The notes under the pieces are model-generated. The model was given only the letters and a program-made list of their open reading frames with translations. It was not told the DNA's origin and ran no database searches. The translations under genes were made by a program, and so were the position numbers. This document shows positions 1 to 12,400 of a DNA stretch of 64,000 nt, piece after piece (the stretch's first letter is position 1; each line of letters begins with the position of its first letter). The DNA comes from Auanema rhodensis. Taxonomy: Eukaryota > Animalia > Nematoda. The DNA lies in the NCBI GenBank assembly GCA_964057225.1, contig OZ059900.1, positions 21,204,001 to 21,268,000 of the forward strand. The letters are read 5' to 3'.

Positions 1-3000
1 ACAACGTCTAGTCCCACTTTCACGACAAAAAAACAGGGGTTAGAAAATTAAGGAAATTAGCATATTCTGAGGGCACGCCCCTTATGGCTAATATTGATTA
101 AATCGATTTTTGTTCATATGAGTCATCAAATGCAACGAATTTCAGCGTGTTACATACTAAAATGAAGCATTTTACATGCTGAACACTAGAAAAATACAAA
201 AACACAGTATTTCCCATGAGAAATATTTTATTATGCTGGAAAACCAGTTTTTGGAAATTTCGCTGTAAACAAGGTTTTGACTTACGATTTCATGTGTTCA
301 AACTCATGCAATGTCAATGAAACCTAGCTCAAAATTGTTCGTACAACGTCTAGTTCCACTTTCACGACAAAAAAACAGGGGTTAGAAAATTAAGGAAATT
401 AGCATATTCTGAGGGCACGCCCCTTATGGCTAATATTGATTAAATCGATTTTTGTTCATATGAGTCGTCAAATGCAACGAATTTCAGCGTGTTACATACT
501 AAAGTGAAGCATTTTACATGCTGAACACTAGAAAAATACAAAAACACTGTATTTCCCATGAGAAATATTTTATTATGCTGGAAAACCAGTTTTTGGAAAT
601 TTCGCTGTAAACAAGGTTTTGACTTACGATTTCATGTGTTCAAACTCATGCAATGTCAATGAAACCTAGCTCAAAATTGTTCGTACAACGTCTAGTTCCA
701 CTTTCACGACAAAAAAACAGGAGTTAGAAAATTAAGGGAATTAGCATATTCTGAGGGCACGCCCCTTATGGCTAATATTGATTCAATCGATTTTTGTTCA
801 TATGAGTCGTCAAATGCAACGAATTTCAGCGTGTTACATACTAAAATGAAGCATTTCACATGCTGAACACTAGAAAAATACAAAAACACAGTATTTCCCA
901 TGAGAAATATTTTATTATGCTGGAAAACCAGTTTTTGGAAATTTCGCTGTAAACAAGGTTTTGACTTACGATTTCATGTGTTCAAACTCATGCAATGTCA
1001 ATGAAACCTAGCTCAAAATTGTTCGTACAACGTCTAGTTCCACTTTCACGACAAAAAAACAGGGGTTAGAAAATTAAGGGAATTAGCATATTCTGAGGGT
1101 ACGCCCCTTATGGCTAATATTGATTAAATCGATTTTTGTTCATATGAGTCGTCAAATGCAACGAATTTCAGCGTGTTACATACTAAAATGAAGCATTTTA
1201 CATGCTGAACACTAGAAAAATACAAAAACACAGTATTTCCCATGAGAAATATTTTATTATGCTGGAAAACCAGTTTTTGGAAATTTCGCTGTAAACAAGG
1301 TTTTGACTTACGATTTCATGTGTTCAAACTCATGCAATGTCAATGAAACCTAGCTCAAAATTGTTCGTACAACGTCTAGTCCCACTTTCACGACAAAAAA
1401 ACAGGAGTTAGAAAATTAAGGAAATTAGCATATTCTGAGGGCACGCCCCTTATAGCTAATATTGATTAAATCGATTTTTGTTCATATGAGTCGTCAAATG
1501 CAACGAATTTCAGCGTGTTACATACTAAAATGAAGCATTTTACATGCTGAACACTAGAAAAATACAAAAACACAGTATTTCCCATGAGAAATATTTTATT
1601 ATGCTGGAAAACCAGTTTTTGGAAATTTCGCTGTAAACAAGGTTTTGACTTACGATTTCATGTGTTCAAACTCATGCAATGTCAATGAAACCTAGCTCAA
1701 AATTGTTCGTACAACGTCTAGTTCCACTTTCACGACAAAAAAACAGGGGTTAGAAAATTAAGGGAATTAGCATATTCTGAGGGCACGCCCCTTATGGCTA
1801 ATATTGATTAAATCGATTTTTGTTCATATGAGTCGTCAAATGCAACGAATTTCAGCGTGTTACATACTAAAATGAAGCATTTTACATGCTGAACACTAGA
1901 AAAATACAAAAACACAGTATTTCCCATGAGAAATATTTTATTATGCTGGAAAACCAGTTTTTGGAAATTTCGCTGTAAACAAGGTTTTGACTTACGATTT
2001 CATGTGTTCAAACTCATGCAATGTCAATGAAACCTAGCTCAAAATTGTTCGTACAACGTCTAGTTCCACTTTCACGACAAAAAAACAGGGGTTAGAAAAT
2101 TAAGGGAATTAGCATATTCTGAGGGCACGCCCCTTATGGCTAATATTGATTAAATCGATTTTTGTTCATATGAGTCGTCAAATGCAACGAATTTCAGCGT
2201 GTTACATACTAAAATGAAGCATTTTACATGCTAAACACTAGAAAAATACAAAAACACAGTATTTTCCATGAGAAATATTTTATTATGCTGGAAAACCAGT
2301 TTTTGGAAATTTCGCTGTAAACAAGGTTTTGACTTACGATTTCATGTGTTCAAACTCATGCAATGTCAATGAAACCTAGCTCAAAATTGTTCGTACAACG
2401 TCTAGTTCCACTTTCACGACAAAAAAACAGGGGTTAGAAAATTAAGGGAATTAGCATATTCTGAGGGCACGCCCCTTATGGCTAATATTGATTAAATCGA
2501 TTTTTGTTCATATGAGTCGTCAAATGCAACGAATTTCAGCGTGTTACATACTAAAATGAAGCATTTTACATGCTGAACACTAGAAAAATACAAAAACACA
2601 GTATTTCCCATGAGAAATATTTTATTATGCTGGAAAACCAGTTTTTGGAAATTTCGCTGTAAACAAGGTTTTGACTTACGATTTCATGTGTTCAAACTCA
2701 TGCAATGTCAATGAAACCTAGCTCAAAATTGTTCGTACAACGTCTAGTTCCACTTTCACGACAAAAAAACAGGGGTTAGAAAATTAAGGGAATTAGCATA
2801 TTCTGAGGGCACGCCCCTTATGGCTAATATTGATTAAATCGATTTTTGTTCATATGAGTCGTCAAATGCAACGAATTTCAGCGTGTTACATACTAAAATG
2901 AAGCATTTTACATGCTGAACACTAGAAAAATACAAAAACACAGTATTTTCCATGAGAAATATTTTATTATGCTGGAAAACCAGTTTTTGGAAATTTCGCT

Positions 3001-3078
3001 GTAAACAAGGTTTTGACTTACGATTTCATGTGTTCAAACTCATGCAATGTCAATGAAACCTAGCTCAAAATTGTTCGT

Positions 3079-3403
3079 ACAACGTCTAGTCCCACTTTCA
3101 CGACAAAAAAACAGGGGTTAGAAAATTAAGGAAATTAGCATATTCTGAGGGCACGCCCCTTATGGCTAATATTGATTAAATCGATTTTTGTTCATATGAG
3201 TCGTCAAATGCAACGAATTTCAGCGTGTTACATACTAAAATGAAGCATTTTACATGCTGAACACTAGAAAAATACAAAAACACAGTATTTCCCATGAGAA
3301 ATATTTTATTATGCTGGAAAACCAGTTTTTGGAAATTTCGCTGTAAACAAGGTTGTGTTCAAACTCATGCAATGTCAATGAAACCTAGCTCAAAATTGTT
3401 CGT
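3079..3403 (+). repeat. Shortened monomer (325 bp) with a 17-bp internal deletion
   Basis: AAACAAGGTTGTGTTC instead of AAACAAGGTTTTGACTTACGATTTCATGTGTTC; the next monomer starts at 3404 rather than 3421. Confidence 0.95.
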
Positions 3404-6400
3404 ACAACGTCTAGTTCCACTTTCACGACAAAAAAACAGGGTTTAGAAAATTAAGGAAATTAGCATATTCTGAGGGCACGCCCCTTATGGCTAATATTGA
3501 TTAAATCGATTTTTGTTCATATGAGTCGTCAAATGCAACGAATTTCAGCGTGTTACATACTAAAATGAAGCATTTTACATGCTGAACACTAGAAAAATAC
3601 AAAAACACAGTATTTTCCATGAGAAATATTTTATTATGCTGGAAAACCAGTTTTTGGAAATTTCGCTGTAAACAAGGTTTTGACTTACGATTTCATGTGT
3701 TCAAACTCATGCAATGTCAATGAAACCTAGCTCAAAATTGTTCGTACAACGTCTAGTTCCACTTTCACGACAAAAAAACAGGGGTTAGAAAATTAAGGAA
3801 ATTAGCATATTCTGAGGGCACGCCCCTTATGGCTAATATTGATTAAATCGATTTTTGTTCATATGAGTCGTCAAATGCAACGAATTTCAGCGTGTTACAT
3901 ACTAAAATGAAGCATTTTACATGCTGAACACTAGAAAAATACAAAAACACAGTATTTTCCATGAGAAATATTTTATTATGCTGGAAAACCAGTTTTTGGA
4001 AATTTCGCTGTAAACAAGGTTTTGACTTACGATTTCATGTGTTCAAACTCATGCAATGTCAATGAAACCTAGCTCAAAATTGTTCGTACAACGTCTAGTC
4101 CCACTTTCACGACAAAAAAACAGGGGTTAGAAAATTAAGGAAATTAGCATATTCTGAGGGCACGCCCCTTATGGCTAATATTGATTAAATCGATTTTTGT
4201 TCATATGAGTCGTCAAATGCAACGAATTTCAGCGTGTTACATACTAAAATGAAGCATTTTACATGCTGAACACTAGAAAAATACAAAAACACAGTATTTC
4301 CCATGAGAAATATTTTATTATGCTGGAAAACCAGTTTTTGGAAATTTCGCTGTAAACAAGGTTTTGACTTACGATTTCATGTGTTCAAACTCATGCAATG
4401 TCAATGAAACCTAGCTCAAAATCGTTCGTACAACGTCTAGTTCCACTTTCACGACAAAAAAACAGGGGTTAGAAAATTAAGGAAATTAGCATATTCTGAG
4501 GGCACGCCCCTTATGGCTAATATTGATTAAATCGATTTTTGTTCATATGAGTCGTCAAATGCAACGAATTTCAGCGTGTTACATACTAAAATGAAGCATT
4601 TTACATGCTGAAAACTAGAAAAATACAAAAACACAGTATTTCCCATGAGAAATATTTTATTATGCTGGAAAACCAGTTTTTGGAAATTTCGCTGTAAACA
4701 AGGTTTTGACTTACGATTTCATGTGTTCAAACTCATGCAATGTCAATGAAACCTAGCTCAAAATTGTTCGTACAACGTCTAGTTCCACTTTCACGACAAA
4801 AAAACAGGGGTTAGAAAATTAAGGAAATTAGCATATTCTGAGGGCACGCCCCTTATGGCTAATATTGATTAAATCGATTTTTGTTCATATGAGTCGTCAA
4901 ATGCAACGAATTTCAGCGTGTTACATACTAAAATGAAGCATTTTACATGCTGAACACTAGAAAAATACAAAAACACAGTATTTCCCATGAGAAATATTTT
5001 ATTATGCTGGAAAACCAGTTTTTGGAAATTTCGCTGTAAACAAGGTTTTGACTTACGATTTCATGTGTTCAAACTCATGCAATGTCAATGAAACCTAGCT
5101 CAAAATTGTTTGTACAACGTCTAGTTCCACTTTCACGACAAAAAAACAGGGGTTAGAAAATTAAGGGAATTAGCATATTCTGAGGGCACGCCCCTTATGG
5201 CTAATATTGATTAAATCGATTTTTGTTCATATGAGTCGTCAAATGCAACGAATTTCAGCGTGTTACATACTAAAATGAAGCATTTTACATGCTGAACACT
5301 AGAAAAATACAAAAACACAGTATTTCCCATGAGAAATATTTTATTATGCTGGAAAACCAGTTTTTGGAAATTTCGCTGTAAACAAGGTTTTGACTTACGA
5401 TTTCATGTGTTCAAACTCATGCAATGTCAATGAAACCTAGCTCAAAATTGTTTGTACAACGTCTAGTCCCACTTTCACGACAAAAAAACAGGGGTTAGAA
5501 AATTAAGGAAATTAGCATATTCTGAGGGCACGCCCCTTATGGCTAATATTGATTAAATCGATTTTTGTTCATATGAGTCGTCAAATGCAACGAATTTCAG
5601 CGTGTTACATACTAAAATGAAGCATTTTACATGCTGAACACTAGAAAAATACAAAAACACAGTATTTCCCATGAGAAATATTTTATTATGCTGGAAAACC
5701 AGTTTTTGGAAATTTCGCTGTAAACAAGGTTTTGACTTACGATTTCATGTGTTCAAACTCATGCAATGTCAATGAAACCTAGCTCAAAATTGTTCGTACA
5801 ACGTCTAGTTCCACTTTCACGACAAAAAAACAGGGGTTAGAAAATTAAGGAAATTAGCATATTCTGAGGGCACGCCCCTTATGGCTAATATTGATTAAAT
5901 CGATTTTTGTTCATATGAGTCGTCAAATGCAACGAATTTCAGCGTGTTACATACTAAAGTGAAGCATTTTACATGCTGAACACTAGAAAAATACAAAAAC
6001 ACTGTATTTCCCATGAGAAATATTTTATTATGCTGGAAAACCAGTTTTTGGAAATTTCGCTGTAAACAAGGTTTTGACTTACGATTTCATGTGTTCAAAC
6101 TCATGCAATGTCAATGAAACCTAGCTCAAAATTGTTCGTACAACGTCTAGTTCCACTTTCACGACAAAAAAACAGGAGTTAGAAAATTAAGGGAATTAGC
6201 ATATTCTGAGGGCACGCCCCTTATGGCTAATATTGATTAAATCGATTTTTGTTCATATGAGTCGTCAAATGCAACGAATTTCAGCGTGTTACATACTAAA
6301 ATGAAGCATTTCACATGCTGAACACTAGAAAAATACAAAAACACAGTATTTCCCATGAGAAATATTTTATTATGCTGGAAAACCAGTTTTTGGAAATTTC

Positions 6401-9400
6401 GCTGTAAACAAGGTTTTGACTTACGATTTCATGTGTTCAAACTCATGCAATGTCAATGAAACCTAGCTCAAAATTGTTCGTACAACGTCTAGTTCCACTT
6501 TCACGACAAAAAAACAGGGGTTAGAAAATTAAGGGAATTAGCATATTCTGAGGGTACGCCCCTTATGGCTAATATTGATTAAATCGATTTTTGTTCATAT
6601 GAGTCGTCAAATGCAACGAATTTCAGCGTGTTACATACTAAAATGAAGCATTTTACATGCTGAACACTAGAAAAATACAAAAACACAGTATTTCCCATGA
6701 GAAATATTTTATTATGCTGGAAAACCAGTTTTTGGAAATTTCGCTGTAAACAAGGTTTTGACTTACGATTTCATGTGTTCAAACTCATGCAATGTCAATG
6801 AAACCTAGCTCAAAATTGTTCGTACAACGTCTAGTCCCACTTTCACGACAAAAAAACAGGAGTTAGAAAATTAAGGAAATTAGCATATTCTGAGGGCACG
6901 CCCCTTATAGCTAATATTGATTAAATCGATTTTTGTTCATATGAGTCGTCAAATGCAACGAATTTCAGCGTGTTACATACTAAAATGAAGCATTTTACAT
7001 GCTGAACACTAGAAAAATACAAAAACACAGTATTTCCCATGAGAAATATTTTATTATGCTGGAAAACCAGTTTTTGGAAATTTCGCTGTAAACAAGGTTT
7101 TGACTTACGATTTCATGTGTTCAAACTCATGCAATGTCAATGAAACCTAGCTCAAAATTGTTCGTACAACGTCTAGTTCCACTTTCACGACAAAAAAACA
7201 GGGGTTAGAAAATTAAGGGAATTAGCATATTCTGAGGGCACGCCCCTTATGGCTAATATTGATTAAATCGATTTTTGTTCATATGAGTCGTCAAATGCAA
7301 CGAATTTCAGCGTGTTACATACTAAAATGAAGCATTTTACATGCTGAACACTAGAAAAATACAAAAACACAGTATTTCCCATGAGAAATATTTTATTATG
7401 CTGGAAAACCAGTTTTTGGAAATTTCGCTGTAAACAAGGTTTTGACTTACGATTTCATGTGTTCAAACTCATGCAATGTCAATGAAACCTAGCTCAAAAT
7501 TGTTCGTACAACGTCTAGTTCCACTTTCACGACAAAAAAACAGGGGTTAGAAAATTAAGGGAATTAGCATATTCTGAGGGCACGCCCCTTATGGCTAATA
7601 TTGATTAAATCGATTTTTGTTCATATGAGTCGTCAAATGCAACGAATTTCAGCGTGTTACATACTAAAATGAAGCATTTTACATGCTGAACACTAGAAAA
7701 ATACAAAAACACAGTATTTTCCATGAGAAATATTTTATTATGCTGGAAAACCAGTTTTTGGAAATTTCGCTGTAAACAAGGTTTTGACTTACGATTTCAT
7801 GTGTTCAAACTCATGCAATGTCAATGAAACCTAGCTCAAAATTGTTCGTACAACGTCTAGTTCCACTTTCACGACAAAAAAACAGGGGTTAGAAAATTAA
7901 GGGAATTAGCATATTCTGAGGGCACGCCCCTTATGGCTAATATTGATTAAATCGATTTTTGTTCATATGAGTCGTCAAATGCAACGAATTTCAGCGTGTT
8001 ACATACTAAAATGAAGCATTTTACATGCTGAACACTAGAAAAATACAAAAACACAGTATTTCCCATGAGAAATATTTTATTATGCTGGAAAACCAGTTTT
8101 TGGAAATTTCGCTGTAAACAAGGTTTTGACTTACGATTTCATGTGTTCAAACTCATGCAATGTCAATGAAACCTAGCTCAAAATTGTTCGTACAACGTCT
8201 AGTTCCACTTTCACGACAAAAAAACAGGGGTTAGAAAATTAAGGGAATTAGCATATTCTGAGGGCACGCCCCTTATGGCTAATATTGATTAAATCGATTT
8301 TTGTTCATATGAGTCGTCAAATGCAACGAATTTCAGCGTGTTACATACTAAAATGAAGCATTTTACATGCTGAACACTAGAAAAATACAAAAACACAGTA
8401 TTTTCCATGAGAAATATTTTATTATGCTGGAAAACCAGTTTTTGGAAATTTCGCTGTAAACAAGGTTTTGACTTACGATTTCATGTGTTCAAACTCATGC
8501 AATGTCAATGAAACCTAGCTCAAAATTGTTCGTACAACGTCTAGTCCCACTTTCACGACAAAAAAACAGGGGTTAGAAAATTAAGGAAATTAGCATATTC
8601 TGAGGGCACGCCCCTTATGGCTAATATTGATTAAATCGATTTTTGTTCATATGAGTCGTCAAATGCAACGAATTTCAGCGTGTTACATACTAAAATGAAG
8701 CATTTTACATGCTGAACACTAGAAAAATACAAAAACACAGTATTTCCCATGAGAAATATTTTATTATGCTGGAAAACCAGTTTTTGGAAATTTCGCTGTA
8801 AACAAGGTTTTGACTTACGATTTCATGTGTTCAAACTCATGCAATGTCAATGAAACCTAGCTCAAAATTGTTCGTACAACGTCTAGTTCCACTTTCACGA
8901 CAAAAAAACAGGGGTTAGAAAATTAAGGAAATTAGCATATTCTGAGGGCACGCCCCTTATGGCTAATATTGATTAAATCGATTTTTGTTCATATGAGTCG
9001 TCAAATGCAACGAATTTCAGCGTGTTACATACTAAAATGAAGCATTTCACATGCTGAACACTAGAAAAATACAAAAACACAGTATTTCCCATGAGAAATA
9101 TTTTATTATGCTGGAAAACCAGTTTTTGGAAATTTCGCTGTAAACAAGGTTTTGACTTACGATTTCATGTGTTCAAACTCATGCAATGTCAATGAAACCT
9201 AGCTCAAAATTGTTCGTACAACGTCTAGTTCCACTTTCACGACAAAAAAACAGGGGTTAGAAAATTAAGGAAATTAGCATATTCTGAGGGCACGCCCCTT
9301 ATGGCTAATATTGATTAAATCGATTTTTGTTCATATGAGTCGTCAAATGCAACGAATTTCAGCGTGTTACATACTAAAATGAAGCATTTCACATGCTGAA

Positions 9401-12400
9401 CACTAGAAAAATACAAAAACACAGTATTTCCCATGAGAAATATTTTATTATGCTGGAAAACCAGTTTTTGGAAATTTCGCTGTAAACAAGGTTTTGACTT
9501 ACGATTTCATGTGTTCAAACTCATGCAATGTCAATGAAACCTAGCTCAAAATTGTTCGTACAACGTCTAGTTCCACTTTCACGACAAAAAAACAGGGGTT
9601 AGAAAATTAAGGAAATTAGCATATTCTGAGGGCACGCCCCTTATGGCTAATATTGATTAAATCGATTTTTGTTCATATGAGTCGTCAAATGCAACGAATT
9701 TCAGCGTGTTACATACTAAAATGAAGCATTTTACATGCTGAACACTAGAAAAATACAAAAACACAGTATTTCCCATGAGAAATATTTTATTATGCTGGAA
9801 AACCAGTTTTTGGAAATTTCGCTGTAAACAAGGTTTTGACTTACGATTTCATGTGTTCAAACTCATGCAATGTCAATGAAACCTAGCTCAAAATTGTTCG
9901 TACAACGTCTAGTTCCACTTTCACGACAAAAAAACAGGGGTTAGAAAATTAAGGAAATTAGCATATTCTGAGGGCACGCCCCTTATGGCTAATATTGATT
10001 AAATCGATTTTTGTTCATATGAGTCGTCAAATGCAACGAATTTCAGCGTGTTACATACTAAAATGAAGCATTTTACATGCTGAACACTAGAAAAATACAA
10101 AAACACAGTATTTCCCATGAGAAATATTTTATTATGCTGGAAAACCAGTTTTTGGAAATTTCGCTGTAAACAAGGTTTTGACTTACGATTTCATGTGTTC
10201 AAACTCATGCAATGTCAATGAAACCTAGCTCAAAATTGTTCGTACAACGTCTAGTTCCACTTTCACGACAAAAAAACAGGGGTTAGAAAATTAAGGAAAT
10301 TAGCATATTCTGAGGGCACGCCCCTTATGGCTAATATTGATTAAATCGATTTTTGTTCATATGAGTCGTCAAATGCAACGAATTTCAGCGTGTTACATAC
10401 TAAAATGAAGCATTTTACATGCTGAACACTAGAAAAATACAAAAACACAGTATTTTCCATGAGAAATATTTTATTATGCTGGAAAACCAGTTTTTGGAAA
10501 TTTCGCTGTAAACAAGGTTTTGACTTACGATTTCATGTGTTCAAACTCATGCAATGTCAATGAAACCTAGCTCAAAATTGTTCGTACAACGTCTAGTCCC
10601 ACTTTCACGACAAAAAAACAGGGGTTAGAAAATTAAGGAAATTAGCATATTCTGAGGGCACGCCCCTTATGGCTAATATTGATTAAATCGATTTTTGTTC
10701 ATATGAGTCGTCAAATGCAACGAATTTCAGCGTGTTACATACTAAAATGAAGCATTTTACATGCTGAACACTAGAAAAATACAAAAACACAGTATTTCCC
10801 ATGAGAAATATTTTATTATGCTGGAAAACCAGTTTTTGGAAATTTCGCTGTAAACAAGGTTTTGACTTACGATTTCATGTGTTCAAACTCATGCAATGTC
10901 AATGAAACCTAGCTCAAAATTGTTCGTACAACGTCTAGTTCCACTTTCACGACAAAAAAACAGGGGTTAGAAAATTAAGGAAATTAGCATATTCTGAGGG
11001 CACGCCCCTTATGGCTAATATTGATTAAATCGATTTTTGTTCATATGAGTCGTCAAATGCAACGAATTTCAGCGTGTTACATACTAAAATGAAGCATTTT
11101 ACATGCTGAAAACTAGAAAAATACAAAAACACAGTATTTCCCATGAGAAATATTTTATTATGCTGGAAAACCAGTTTTTGGAAATTTCGCTGTAAACAAG
11201 GTTTTGACTTACGATTTCATGTGTTCAAACTCATGCAATGTCAATGAAACCTAGCTCAAAATTGTTCGTACAACGTCTAGTTCCACTTTCACGACAAAAA
11301 AACAGGGGTTAGAAAATTAAGGAAATTAGCATATTCTGAGGGCACGCCCCTTATGGCTAATATTGATTAAATCGATTTTTGTTCATATGAGTCGTCAAAT
11401 GCAACGAATTTCAGCGTGTTACATACTAAAATGAAGCATTTTACATGCTGAACACTAGAAAAATACAAAAACACAGTATTTCCCATGAGAAATATTTTAT
11501 TATGCTGGAAAACCAGTTTTTGGAAATTTCGCTGTAAACAAGGTTTTGACTTACGATTTCATGTGTTCAAACTCATGCAATGTCAATGAAACCTAGCTCA
11601 AAATTGTTCGTACAACGTCTAGTTCCACTTTCACGACAAAAAAACAGGGGTTAGAAAATTAAGGGAATTAGCATATTCTGAGGGCACGCCCCTTATGGCT
11701 AATATTGATTAAATCGATTTTTGTTCATATGAGTCGTCAAATGCAACGAATTTCAGCGTGTTACATACTAAAATGAAGCATTTTACATGCTGAACACTAG
11801 AAAAATACAAAAACACAGTATTTCCCATGAGAAATATTTTATTATGCTGGAAAACCAGTTTTTGGAAATTTCGCTGTAAACAAGGTTTTGACTTACGATT
11901 TCATGTGTTCAAACTCATGCAATGTCAATGAAACCTAGCTCAAAATTGTTCGTACAACGTCTAGTTCCACTTTCACGACAAAAAAACAGGGGTTAGAAAA
12001 TTAAGGGAATTAGCATATTCTGAGGGCACGCCCCTTATGGCTAATATTGATTAAATCGATTTTTGTTCATATGAGTCGTCAAATGCAACGAATTTCAGCG
12101 TGTTACATACTAAAATGAAGCATTTTACATGCTGAACACTAGAAAAATACAAAAACACAGTATTTTCCATGAGAAATATTTTATTATGCTGGAAAACCAG
12201 TTTTTGGAAATTTCGCTGTAAACAAGGTTTTGACTTACGATTTCATGTGTTCAAACTCATGCAATGTCAATGAAACCTAGCTCAAAATTGTTCGTACAAC
12301 GTCTAGTCCCACTTTCACGACAAAAAAACAGGGGTTAGAAAATTAAGGAAATTAGCATATTCTGAGGGCACGCCCCTTATGGCTAATATTGATTAAATCG

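Noticed and set aside
36-44. Telomere-like GGGGTTAG
   Set aside because: A single short occurrence per monomer, not tandem, so not a telomeric tract.
1-342. 5S rDNA, tRNA, snRNA or spliced-leader tandem gene unit
   Set aside because: I recognise no 5S sequence, cloverleaf, Pol III boxes or SL exon. An Rfam search would settle it.
1-342. Primate alpha-satellite dimer or another named satellite of similar length
   Set aside because: Length is 2x171, but I see no alphoid sequence similarity or canonical CENP-B box. Length alone cannot identify a family, and a database search is needed.
704-901. 65-aa minus-strand ORF
   Set aside because: It is produced by one private substitution (ATTAAATC>ATTCAATC) that removes a stop codon in a single monomer.
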